DNA from: Promethearchaeota archaeon
Lineage (GTDB): Archaea > Asgardarchaeota > Lokiarchaeia > Sigyniarchaeales > SOKP01
NCBI GenBank assembly: GCA_048940445.1
Contig: JBHLON010000037.1
Coordinates: 1-32,335, forward strand
Direction of reading: 5' to 3'
Length of the DNA: 32,335 nt
This document shows, piece by piece, positions 1 to 9,836 of this stretch. Within the stretch, counting starts at the first letter, position 1. Each line of letters begins with the position of its first letter. The notes beneath the pieces are model-generated. The model was not told the origin of the DNA. It saw nothing but the letters and a program-made list of their open reading frames with translations, and did no database searches. Position numbers and translations under genes: made by a program.

Positions 1-393
1 TGCTAAACAGGTAACCTCATCTTTATGTTCTTTAAGATGATGAATAAGATTTCCTCTTCTTAATCCCCATACTTTTATTGAATTATCTGAAGAACCACTT
101 ATAATGTAGCTATCATCCTTTGATATAACTACGCTTAAAATTTCCTTGCTATGAGCTTCAATAGTTCTTAAAAGATTTCCTGATGAGAAATCCCAAACTT
201 TCAAGGTTTTATCATTTGATGCACTTACTATAAGATCCCCTTGATGAGATACGGCAACGGAATTAACAGCATCACTATGTCCAAAGTTTCTAGCTAATTG
301 AAAAGCTTTGGCTAAACCTTTCTTTTCTGGATATAGGTGTTTTGGATATTCAAAGCTTTCAATTTCGGTTTTTTCTCCTAATTCTTGTTGCAA
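1..393 (-). CDS. WD40-repeat protein, N-terminal part (runs off the left window edge)
   Basis: Not in the ORF track. Manual translation gives ...GHSDAVNSVAVSHQGDLIVSASNDKTLKVWD...AHSKEILSVVISKDDSYIISGSSDNSIKVWG...EHKDEVTCLA, i.e. GH...WD repeats. The frame is open to position 1. Start is TTG at 393 behind GGTGA, or GTG at 402. Confidence 0.9.
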   Translation of the reverse strand, partial: MQQELGEKTEIESFEYPKHLYPEKKGLAKAFQLARNFGHSDAVNSVAVSHQGDLIVSASNDKTLKVWDFSSGNLLRTIEAHSKEILSVVISKDDSYIISGSSDNSIKVWGLRRGNLIHHLKEHKDEVTCLA

Positions 394-562
394 AAAATTC
401 ACCTTTCATTGGAGTTCAATTATGAACAATTATAAGTAATAATCATCTTATTTATATAATTTTACTTTCTTATGATTCTAATTTATCTTATGCTTAATAA
501 TAAAATTCGATTTCGTTAAACAAAATTAAGAAAAAAAAAGATTTTTTTAAATTATATTTAAC

Positions 563-982
563 TTAAATATACCTTTTCCTTGTGAAAAGCAACCAGAAAA
601 ATCCAATTAATCCAATAACGAATGAAATTATAGTAATATAATTTGGCCAATCTGTATAAATAAAAGAAGCCGGATTTTGAATCCATCCAACTATAGGTGC
701 AATTCCAGTTAATACCATTATACTTAACACTACTAATGCTATTCCCATAGCCCACTTTGCTTCTTTGAACATTCCAACACCTGAAATAATCGACCATACA
801 CCTAAAGCAATAGATACCAAACCCAAGGCCCCAAAAACTTCTGGAATACCCTCAACGCCAGGTAGAAATATACCAAACCAGCCGAGAACTTCTGTTATTG
901 CCTTTAATAGAAAAATTAGTCCGAGGACAATTAATAGGATATTTAAAATTGCGCTTGATTCTTTAACTTTTGTACTACTCAT
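563..982 (-). CDS. Hypothetical integral membrane protein (~4 TM)
   Basis: 139 aa, four hydrophobic segments, GAGGT upstream of the ATG. Confidence 0.8.
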   Translation of the reverse strand: MSSTKVKESSAILNILLIVLGLIFLLKAITEVLGWFGIFLPGVEGIPEVFGALGLVSIALGVWSIISGVGMFKEAKWAMGIALVVLSIMVLTGIAPIVGWIQNPASFIYTDWPNYITIISFVIGLIGFFWLLFTRKRYI

Positions 983-1244
983 TGAATTAAGACCTCTTTT
1001 TTAAAGTTTGAATATTTTTAATGAAAAAATCAAAATGATTAAATAAATCTTATATATAGCTTCTATAAAAATATTGCGACTTTTATGTAAGATCTAATGA
1101 AGTTTTTTTAAGCTACAGATTTTTTTTAATTCGGTAAAAAAGAGAGAATTATGTTGAGGTTTGGTCTACAATACTTTTTAATACCCTAATCATTATTAAT
1201 TTTTAATTTAAATTTAAAGATGAATTTCTATATTAATAACGTAA

Positions 1245-3434
1245 GTGTTAGAAGAGATGCCAAATGCAAAGAGCATTTACTTACCTATAGTATTCCACTT
1301 TCACCAGCCAGTAGATCAATTGGATTTTATTTATGATGAAGTATACAATAAATCATATAGTCCCTTAATAGAGAATCTTTACAAATATTCTGCAATAAAG
1401 GCAGTTCTACATTTCTCTGGTAACTTATTAGAATGGCTTCTCAGCAATAAACCGGAATTTATTGAAATTTTGAAGCAGATGGCTAATCGAGGTCAAATAG
1501 AGATAATTGGAGGGGGCTATTATGAACCTATCTATGCAATTATTCCCAATAGGGATAAAGTTGCTCAATTGAAAAAATTGTCTATACTAATTGAAAAAGA
1601 ATTTAGTTTAGAAGTTAAAGGAGCATGGCTATCTGAACGGGTATGGGAACCAAATTATCCATCTTTTTTAAATGATGTTGGTTTGAGATATGTAATTCTG
1701 GATGACAATCATTTCAGATCTACGGGTATAACACAATCTGAAACTTTTTATTCCTACAGTACAGAAGATGACGGAAAAACTTTAAGAATTTTTCCTATTA
1801 ATGAAGAATTAAGATATTTAACTCCATGGAAACCCACTTATTTTAGTATTGAATATTTAAGAAAGAATTCTAACGAAAAAGGGGATAGAATAGCTTTATT
1901 AATATCTGATGCTGAAAAGATGGGTGTATGGGGAACAACACATGAAATCTGTTATGTTGATGGTGAAGGACACCAAGAGGGAGATGGTGGTAAACCATTT
2001 ATTCCTGCATTTTTTGAACAAATCATTAATAATGAATGGATAAAATCTATAACGCTCTCAGAATATATGGACAAAATTTCTGCGAGAGGTCTAATATATC
2101 TTCCAACAGCAAGCTATGATAAAATGGAAGAATGGGTATTGGCAACACCTATACGAAAAAGATTTGAGATTCTTAGAGAAAACATCAGAAATAACCCTCA
2201 AAGACAAAATGAGTACTTATTTTTGAAAGGAGGTTTTTGGCGTTACTTTTTAATAAAGTATCCTGAATCGAATAATATGCATAAGAAGATGCTGCACGTA
2301 CGTGAAAAACTCATTGAAGTTGAAAATAGCCTAAGTAAAACTGAGAGAAGCAAATTTCAAACCAGAATTGATAAAGCGTGGGATGAGATTTATAAAGCGC
2401 AATGTAATGATTGCTATTGGCATGGATTATTTGGGGGAGTATATTTACAATTTCTCCGATTTTCAGTTTATACACATTTAATAAATGCTGAAAATATCAT
2501 AGATAAATTAAATTCAGAGATAAATGAAATCCCTAATAAGTACATCTCGATTCTACCAATTGATTTTAGTAAAGATACCAAAATGGATATTATTATCGAA
2601 TCTAATCTATTAAATTTATATATTAAACCATCTGATGGAGGGACTATTTTTGAATTAGACTTTAAACCTAAATCCTATAATTTATTGAATACATTGACTA
2701 GGTGGCCTGAAGCATATCATGATAGTGAAAAAGTGAAGAAAGAAGACGTAATGGTCGATCGATTTAAAAGAAGTATGTTAAGAACGAGATTTTTACATAA
2801 AGATGTCCCTTTGTCTCAAATTGAACAAGATAATTATTTTGAATTTGGAGACTTTGTAAATAATGAATTTAGAGTTATAAGGAATGAAAAAAATGGCAAA
2901 TCAGTAACTTTGGAATTAGAATGTGATGGTTCAATTAAGGATGTTGATTCAGATGAACGAATTCCTTGTACAATAACAAAGAATATAATTGTTGAAGAAA
3001 ATACTATAAAATTAAACGTGAAGGGAAGTCTAAAAAAGGGCTCTAGGAAGAAAAATATAATTACAAGAATTTTGGATCAATTAGAGTTAGGAATTGACTT
3101 ACCTTTTTACTTCAATGGGGACCCTACTAAATTGTCTTGGCATAGTAATCAATTATTATATGCAAATGTACAAACAACTGAAACTTTAAAGAATTTTGAA
3201 TATGAAGGGTATCACTTCAAAGCCTATGATGAAATTTATGATCTCAAATTAGAATTTGAAGTTTCTAGTACCCTAAAATCAGACTTGGAGAAGATACGAA
3301 TCGCTAAGTTCCCAATAATTGCATCTGTGTATACAGATGAAGGATTAAAAAAACTATTTCAGGGGATTAATGTGATCGCACGATTTAAACTTTCAAAAAA
3401 CTTTGAATACAGCATAGATTTCAAGATATATTAA
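1245..3434 (+). CDS. GH57 alpha-amylase / 4-alpha-glucanotransferase with C-terminal accessory domains
   Basis: GH57 motifs HFHQP, GGGYYEP, WLSERVWEP (nucleophile Glu), DAEK (acid/base Asp) and AQCNDCYWHG. The real start may be ATG 1257. Confidence 0.93.
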   Translation: MLEEMPNAKSIYLPIVFHFHQPVDQLDFIYDEVYNKSYSPLIENLYKYSAIKAVLHFSGNLLEWLLSNKPEFIEILKQMANRGQIEIIGGGYYEPIYAIIPNRDKVAQLKKLSILIEKEFSLEVKGAWLSERVWEPNYPSFLNDVGLRYVILDDNHFRSTGITQSETFYSYSTEDDGKTLRIFPINEELRYLTPWKPTYFSIEYLRKNSNEKGDRIALLISDAEKMGVWGTTHEICYVDGEGHQEGDGGKPFIPAFFEQIINNEWIKSITLSEYMDKISARGLIYLPTASYDKMEEWVLATPIRKRFEILRENIRNNPQRQNEYLFLKGGFWRYFLIKYPESNNMHKKMLHVREKLIEVENSLSKTERSKFQTRIDKAWDEIYKAQCNDCYWHGLFGGVYLQFLRFSVYTHLINAENIIDKLNSEINEIPNKYISILPIDFSKDTKMDIIIESNLLNLYIKPSDGGTIFELDFKPKSYNLLNTLTRWPEAYHDSEKVKKEDVMVDRFKRSMLRTRFLHKDVPLSQIEQDNYFEFGDFVNNEFRVIRNEKNGKSVTLELECDGSIKDVDSDERIPCTITKNIIVEENTIKLNVKGSLKKGSRKKNIITRILDQLELGIDLPFYFNGDPTKLSWHSNQLLYANVQTTETLKNFEYEGYHFKAYDEIYDLKLEFEVSSTLKSDLEKIRIAKFPIIASVYTDEGLKKLFQGINVIARFKLSKNFEYSIDFKIY

Positions 3435-3555
3435 AATCTTTCTATTCATTACATTTTTGTATTTTTGTGAAAAGATATTGTCGAATTTATGAAGCTTTAA
3501 ATATATTTTACTCATATTATCTAACTAATAAATATCTTTTTGTCATGGATTTATT

Positions 3556-3699
3556 ATGAATTTGTACAAAAATGGCAATCGAAATGGCTTTAATTATACT
3601 AACAATTCTGCCAAACAAAATATCGCAAATAATGAATTTATAAAGAAAATCCGTAAGAAATTAATGGAAGAGAAATTAAAAAAGAAATTTAAGAATTAG
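3556..3699 (+). CDS. Putative small basic protein (47 aa)
   Basis: MNLYKNGNRNGFNYTNNSAKQNIANNEFIKKIRKKLMEEKLKKKFKN fills an otherwise empty intergenic gap. TTTAAATA TATA-like box near 3497. Confidence 0.45.
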   Translation: MNLYKNGNRNGFNYTNNSAKQNIANNEFIKKIRKKLMEEKLKKKFKN

Positions 3700-3734
3700 A
3701 ATCTTATTTTTATTCTTAACCTATGAAAATATGA

Positions 3735-4409
3735 CTATTCTGGCCAGCCATATTTTCCAATAAGGCTTACAAATCTGACTCCCGTGATATTTTCAGAGTC
3801 AAAATCATTTCCTTTTCGACGAATGATGTAAAGGCTTTGGCCCCATTCCCGCGAGCCAGCGGGAATGCATAAAATACCACCATCTCTTAATTGATGCTTA
3901 TATGAAGGAGGAATTTTTTTTGGTGATGCTGCAGTCACTAAGATCTTATCGTATGGAGCTTCTTGGGGATATCCCAAAGTACCATCCCCACATATAACAG
4001 TTACCCTATTTTTATATCCACATTTATTAAGAATTACCTGCGCTTTATCTGCTAAATCTTTAATTCGCTCTACAGTATAGACATAACCAGGATTTTCAGA
4101 ATCTTTTGGTGCTACAATTTCGGCACATAAAGCTGCATGATATCCTGAACCGGTTCCAATTTCTAATACTTTATCTCCTTCCTTTAATTCTAAATACTCA
4201 CACATCATAGCATTCATATGAGGGGCACTAATTGTTTGTCCAGATCCTATGGAAAGTGGTGAATCTATATAAGCAGATGACATTACCTCTTTAGGTAAAA
4301 ATTCATGTCTGGGGACTTTCAGCATTGCTTGAATGACTACAGGATCCTTTAATATCTTGCGGTTTATTAAACTTTCAACCAAATTTTTTCTTTTTTCCTC
4401 AAATTCCAT
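3735..4409 (-). CDS. pcm: Protein-L-isoaspartate O-methyltransferase
   Basis: VPRHEF, GQTISAPHM, VLEIGTGSGY, GDGTLGY..APYDKILVTAA, VRFVSLIG motifs. Confidence 0.96.
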   Translation of the reverse strand: MEFEEKRKNLVESLINRKILKDPVVIQAMLKVPRHEFLPKEVMSSAYIDSPLSIGSGQTISAPHMNAMMCEYLELKEGDKVLEIGTGSGYHAALCAEIVAPKDSENPGYVYTVERIKDLADKAQVILNKCGYKNRVTVICGDGTLGYPQEAPYDKILVTAASPKKIPPSYKHQLRDGGILCIPAGSREWGQSLYIIRRKGNDFDSENITGVRFVSLIGKYGWPE

Positions 4410-4492
4410 TTAAAGTCTTCAGTCTCAAGAAGTTATAATTTAGACTCTTAACAAAAATCAATTAATCCATGTTCAACAGATGATATAAATTT

Positions 4493-5731
4493 TTACTTTT
4501 GTCCATTTTTTATAAGAATATAGATTTTATCGTTTTCTTCACAATTATTTACTCTTAAATTTATTTTAACGGGGTCGCTATATCTTTTCCTTACGATAGA
4601 TTTGATTTTTTCCCCTTTATAGACCATTTTTCTTATTTTTTCGATTTGGTAAGTGTTTCTTCCAGTAATGATAATTTCGTCTCCAGTACGCAATGGAATA
4701 TCCAAACTTTCTAATAAGACATTTGCAGTTTTGGATTTCTTATCAAAAGATAAAATTTTTCCTATATAGTGCTTTTTATATGGAGATACATTTCCTCTAT
4801 TTTCTAATTCAATATCTTCTAAAGTAGGTCTATGAAAGTAAAAACCGGTATGAAATCCACGGTTATAAACTTTTGACAACCTTTCCAACCAATTATCTAC
4901 TTTCTCCTTAGTAAATGTATTGTTGAAAAAGCTATCTATCGCTTCTCTATAGCATTCTGAAACAGTCTTGATATAAAGAGGATCTTTCATTCTTCCTTCT
5001 ATTTTAAAAGCATCAATCTTTGCTTGAATAAGATTAGGGATAAATTCAATCATGCATAGATCTTTTGCATTTAGAAACATTTGCCCATCATATAAAAATT
5101 CATGACTTTCATCATCAATTACTCTCCATTCTCTTCTACATGGCTGGATACAGTTACCTCGATTAGCTGAATATTCTTCTGAATCACAAATCGTAGCAGA
5201 TAGATAACACCGTCCAGATATAGAGGTACACATAGAACCATGCACAAAACATTCTATTTTAGTATTATTTAAATGATGCTTTATGAGCTTAATTTGTTCT
5301 AATGAAAGCTCTCTTGCTAGAATTAGGCGATCAGCACCTAATTCCTCAAAAAATTTGGCAGATTCTGTATTAGATATGTTTGCTTGTGTTGAAATATGAA
5401 ATTTGAGACCATATCTCTTAGCAAACTTTATCGCTGCTAAATCATGTACTATAACAGCGTCTATACCCGCAGATTTTGCATTCTCTAGTATATTTTCCAA
5501 TTCTTGTAATTCAGAATCATAAATTAAGATATTTGTTGTTAGATATGCTTTAATAGGACGCCCTCTTGTATGACAATAATCAACAACATCTTTGACGTCT
5601 TCTAAAAGAAAGTTTTCCGCTTTTTGACGCATATTAAAAAAAGTAACTCCAAAATAAACTGCATCAGCGATACTTTCGACTAGCTTTAATGATTTCCAAT
5701 TTTGTACTGGGACAACTAATTCAGGAATCAT
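4493..5731 (-). CDS. U32 'peptidase' family Fe-S protein (TrhP/RlhA-like, probable RNA hydroxylase)
   Basis: ADAVYFG, HISTQANISN, ILARELSL, ECFVHGSMCTSISGRC..NRGNCIQPCR, KIEGRMK. Confidence 0.9.
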   Translation of the reverse strand: MIPELVVPVQNWKSLKLVESIADAVYFGVTFFNMRQKAENFLLEDVKDVVDYCHTRGRPIKAYLTTNILIYDSELQELENILENAKSAGIDAVIVHDLAAIKFAKRYGLKFHISTQANISNTESAKFFEELGADRLILARELSLEQIKLIKHHLNNTKIECFVHGSMCTSISGRCYLSATICDSEEYSANRGNCIQPCRREWRVIDDESHEFLYDGQMFLNAKDLCMIEFIPNLIQAKIDAFKIEGRMKDPLYIKTVSECYREAIDSFFNNTFTKEKVDNWLERLSKVYNRGFHTGFYFHRPTLEDIELENRGNVSPYKKHYIGKILSFDKKSKTANVLLESLDIPLRTGDEIIITGRNTYQIEKIRKMVYKGEKIKSIVRKRYSDPVKINLRVNNCEENDKIYILIKNGQK

Positions 5732-5870
5732 TTAACTTCTTCTCTATTTAATTCTATTGAAAACATAGAAATTATAGAATAAAATTATTTTCAAATAAAA
5801 TTAAATAAAGATTTCAATATTAAATATTTAAAATAATTTTTTGACATTTTAGATAAGGATTTGAAAAATA

Positions 5871-6605
5871 ATGGTATTAACACCATTACAGATTTTAAAT
5901 GGAAGTTTTAGTCTTGCATTTGTGTGTATCTCCGTAATAATTGGGATTCTGTTTTTAGTAAAGTATCAGAAATACAAGAGCAAATTAATTCTATTATTCG
6001 GTTTTATCTTATTAACATTAATTTCCTCATGGTATGCAAGTTCAAGTTCATTTATTATTGCACTCCTTACAGAAGGAACAGGCTATATGGCAGTCCCCTA
6101 TATTTATTTTATCATTGGGATAGTACCACTTCCTATAACCGCTTATATATGGACAGTTGCCTTAACTGATTTACTTTATCAAAATAAAAAACGACTTCTC
6201 AGGATGATTTTTTTAGCATTGGGAATTATTGTTGAGGTAATTTTCTTTATATTCCTCTTTATTAATCCAACATTGATAGGACAAGTCACCAGCCCAGTTG
6301 ATGCCGAATATGATCTGTTTATCACAATTTATCAGTTTTTCCTTGTGATTTATATGCTTTTTACCGGAATTCAGTTCGGAAGAGAATCTTTGAAGGATGA
6401 AGACCCTGTAATTAAGCTAAAAGGTAAATTACTCATAGCAGCATTTATATCTTTTGTGGCAGGTGCAATTTTGGAAATTCTTAGCGGAATATCAATAGCG
6501 ATTATGATAATTGCTAGAATAATTTTGATTTCAAGTTCTATTGAATTTTATGGGGGATTTATGCTTCCTGATTGGATGAAAAAGCTATTTTTAAGAAGAA
6601 ATTAA
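5871..6605 (+). CDS. Stand-alone 7-TM membrane protein of unknown function
   Basis: Seven hydrophobic helices, C-terminal YGGFMLPDWMKK, no cytoplasmic output domain. Confidence 0.8.
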   Translation: MVLTPLQILNGSFSLAFVCISVIIGILFLVKYQKYKSKLILLFGFILLTLISSWYASSSSFIIALLTEGTGYMAVPYIYFIIGIVPLPITAYIWTVALTDLLYQNKKRLLRMIFLALGIIVEVIFFIFLFINPTLIGQVTSPVDAEYDLFITIYQFFLVIYMLFTGIQFGRESLKDEDPVIKLKGKLLIAAFISFVAGAILEILSGISIAIMIIARIILISSSIEFYGGFMLPDWMKKLFLRRN

Positions 6606-6701
6606 ATTGAATTAATAACATTCTATTTTTTTAATCAATTAATAAAGAAAGTATTTAGAATCCCAACAATTCCTTATTCTAAAAATGATCAATTAAAATA
6701 T

Positions 6702-7277
6702 TTGATTAAAATGAAAGTTGTACTTTTTAATGGAAGTCCAAGAAAAGAAGGAAATACATATCATTGCTTAAATACCGTGATGGATTCCCTTAAAAAAGAG
6801 GGAATTGAATGTGATTATATATGGTTTGGAATGGAAAAAATACGGGGTTGTACAGCATGTTTAAAATGTGTTGAAAATAATGATCAAAAATGTGTTTTAC
6901 CAGGAGATAAAATGAATGATTATATCCAAAAAATGCTTGAGGCTGATGGAATAATTATTGGGTCTCCAACATACTTTTCTGATTTATCAACGAATACAAA
7001 AGCACTAATAGAACGTGCTGGTTATGCTACTGGGAGAAAACTAAAGAATAAAGTAGGAGCAGCTGTTATAGCAGTAAGGCGAGCTGGTGCTAATCACGTT
7101 TTCTCGAGTATAAATTTCTTTTTTCTTATTAAAGAAATGATTGTTGTAGGAAGCACATACTGGAACATGGCTATCGGTAGGAAACCTGGAGAAGTCCTAA
7201 ATGATGAAGAGGGAATGACTACTTTTAAAAATCTAGGGAAAAATATTGCTTATGTGATTAAGAAGTTAAGATCTTAG
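6702..7277 (+). CDS. Iron-sulfur flavoprotein (Isf) / NADPH-dependent FMN reductase family
   Basis: NGSPRKEGNT FMN-binding loop, CTACLKC..C cluster motif, ADGIIIGSPTYF. The real start is probably ATG 6711. Confidence 0.92.
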   Translation: MIKMKVVLFNGSPRKEGNTYHCLNTVMDSLKKEGIECDYIWFGMEKIRGCTACLKCVENNDQKCVLPGDKMNDYIQKMLEADGIIIGSPTYFSDLSTNTKALIERAGYATGRKLKNKVGAAVIAVRRAGANHVFSSINFFFLIKEMIVVGSTYWNMAIGRKPGEVLNDEEGMTTFKNLGKNIAYVIKKLRS

Positions 7278-7479
7278 TTATTTTATTCCATATTTTCTTT
7301 AAAAAGTGTTCTATATGTTATACCGACACAGCACATTAATTCATATAATTTATATAAGAGTGTTATTATATATTTTAAGATAAAAATTTGTCTAGGTATA
7401 AGATTTAGGACGATTAATAGACTATTAGATCAAAATTTATATACATCTTTTATCATGGATTATTAAAATATCTTCTAGA

Positions 7480-9765
7480 ATGTTAAAAGGGGTAATTCGG
7501 ATAGGGTTGAGAAATTTCAGAAAATTATCAATTTTTACTTTATTTTTATTATTATTAAGTATTAGTCTTATTTCTCAAATTGATTTTTCTACATCTCAAT
7601 CTAATGATGAATCCTTATTAGTTCCTCTCAATTTCAAATTTGAAGAATTTTCACAAAATATTGACTCGTCAAGTGATTTAAATTCAATTGATATTCCATT
7701 ACCTCCTTATTCATGTAATTTGACAAATATGCAATTAAACTTCTCTGATATTAGATTAGGAAGGGAAATAAAGGTGGTTGAAGATGAAGTTTATGGAGAA
7801 TATTCGCAAATATATTTTAAAAATCCTTCCTTTCGGAGATATGGATTAGCTGTTCAAATTAATTTAACTGAACCCACGATTATATATGGAACATATATTT
7901 ATGGTTATAAATCGCTTAATACAAAAGAGATTATTCAAGTTCAGTTGAGAGGATTTGATGCCATATCTAAAACACCTAATACAACTATATATGTTTCTAA
8001 AGATATCAATATGTCATATATCCCGGGATGGTATTTGCAAAATTTTACTTCACCTGTGAAACTATCAAAAGGAAACTATTTTTTAACTCTCTATGGTGTT
8101 GGCATGGTTACTAACATTAATACCAGTTATTTTTGGGCTTATAATAAATATACTCCTAACTATCCAAGTCTTTATAAGTCAGAATATATTACCGGTTGGA
8201 CAAATGGTGTACAAAATTCACCATATCTATATAAGCTGATACAAAAAACAGATAAAATCTATGATCCAGAAGAAATAAATATGACCGTTGGAATTAATGG
8301 AATTGACTATAAGATTATAAATTCTACTGAATCCGGTTCTGGAGCATTATCAGTTAATGGATTAAATTGGGAAATTAACAATGAATTTCTCTCATTACCA
8401 ATAAAAAATTCTCTTAATATTGAATTAAATTTCTCTCTTTCCTATTTGATTAATGTTAGAAGCAATTTACTTGCTCATGGATCTGTTTTAATTAAGGATG
8501 GTCAAGAGAATATTTGGATAATTAATCCACAATTTGTTAGATATTATAAAAATTATTCTATCTATTTTTCATATCCTTCTAATTGGAATAATATAACTAT
8601 TTTTAGAAACAATGTTAATATTTCTTCTTTAACTTATATTGATACTACTGAAAAATTTATTCGTATAGAAAATAATACTCTTATTGAAGGAGCAGAATGG
8701 GAAATCACCGCGAATTCTCCAAGATTTGATGTTAATCTAGCTATTCATCGTACTGATTACGTTCCCGGTCAGGAAATAAGATTTTCAATTGACTCTCCAA
8801 TAAGATCTGGAAACTATACTTTTGTGTTATATGCTCCTGATCAATTAGAAATCCCTAAAGCTCGCCAAAATATTACGTTACCTTCAGATTCAAATATATT
8901 CTCCTATAATATTCCTCTTCATCCATTAGATGGGAATTATTATGCATATATTTATTTTTATGACGGTGTGGATGCGGGTGTAGGAACTATTATCTTCATC
9001 ATTACAATTCCGTTTACTATTGACCCATTGACCTTATTCTCTATAATTTTAACAGCAGCAGTAGCTTTAGGGGTTACCGTCTCTATAGTTGTGGGTGTTA
9101 AAAGACATAGACGAAAAGTTTTAGCTCGAAAAGAAGAAGTAATTAATAGATGCATGGATATATTAAATCTTAATTACATTATGGTTGCTGAAAAAAAATC
9201 ATCATTAAATGTGTATGAACAGGTTTTTACATCAAAAACGATTGATCCAACTCTTATATCTGGTTTCTTATCAGCAATTCATTCTTTTGGAATAGAATTA
9301 ACAAATACAGATGAAAAAACACAGACAATTAAGCTTGAATTCAAGAATTCAAAAGTGATAATGTCAGAATTCAAAGACTTCAGATTAGTTCTAATTATGA
9401 ACCAATTGCCCTCACAAAAGTTCCTAGATTCGATAAATCAGTTAGCTTTTGATATTGAATTATACTATGGCCAATTTCTTGAAACTTTTAAAGGAAATAT
9501 TGACCCCTTTAAAGGTATTGAAGCTTTACTTAAAAAACATTTGAATATATCCTTTTTATATCCATTGAAAGTCGTTAAAACTGGAAAAAGTAAAGTAGAA
9601 CAAAATGAAAGAGCATTAATTACTCGTGCTTTAGAAATTATGAAAAAAAACCATACAAATTATTTCTACGCTTCTAATATTATGGACACCAAAAAGTATG
9701 ATGCAAAGAATTTAGAAACTATTTTTAAGTTAATTGAGAAAAAAATATTTCAGCCCGTTATTTAG
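7480..9765 (+). CDS. Single-pass membrane protein with cytoplasmic longin-like + winged-helix-like domains (paralog 1)
   Basis: N-terminal hydrophobic signal, beta-rich ectodomain with many N-x-S/T, TM LTLFSIILTAAVALGVTVSIVVGV followed by KRHRRK, then LNYIMV..SLNVYEQ..LISGFLSAIHSFG. Confidence 0.8.
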   Translation: MLKGVIRIGLRNFRKLSIFTLFLLLLSISLISQIDFSTSQSNDESLLVPLNFKFEEFSQNIDSSSDLNSIDIPLPPYSCNLTNMQLNFSDIRLGREIKVVEDEVYGEYSQIYFKNPSFRRYGLAVQINLTEPTIIYGTYIYGYKSLNTKEIIQVQLRGFDAISKTPNTTIYVSKDINMSYIPGWYLQNFTSPVKLSKGNYFLTLYGVGMVTNINTSYFWAYNKYTPNYPSLYKSEYITGWTNGVQNSPYLYKLIQKTDKIYDPEEINMTVGINGIDYKIINSTESGSGALSVNGLNWEINNEFLSLPIKNSLNIELNFSLSYLINVRSNLLAHGSVLIKDGQENIWIINPQFVRYYKNYSIYFSYPSNWNNITIFRNNVNISSLTYIDTTEKFIRIENNTLIEGAEWEITANSPRFDVNLAIHRTDYVPGQEIRFSIDSPIRSGNYTFVLYAPDQLEIPKARQNITLPSDSNIFSYNIPLHPLDGNYYAYIYFYDGVDAGVGTIIFIITIPFTIDPLTLFSIILTAAVALGVTVSIVVGVKRHRRKVLARKEEVINRCMDILNLNYIMVAEKKSSLNVYEQVFTSKTIDPTLISGFLSAIHSFGIELTNTDEKTQTIKLEFKNSKVIMSEFKDFRLVLIMNQLPSQKFLDSINQLAFDIELYYGQFLETFKGNIDPFKGIEALLKKHLNISFLYPLKVVKTGKSKVEQNERALITRALEIMKKNHTNYFYASNIMDTKKYDAKNLETIFKLIEKKIFQPVI

Positions 9766-9836
9766 TGAACTTAATGTTGTCTCTTTTTTTTAAACTTTAA
9801 GAAAGTTATTTATTTTAATTCATCGAATTAATTATA

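Noticed and set aside
558-1004. ORFs 558-797 (-) and 765-1004 (+)
   Set aside because: Alternative-frame or antisense shadows of the 563-982 membrane protein
5871-6605. Microbial rhodopsin
   Set aside because: No retinal-binding Lys motif in helix 7
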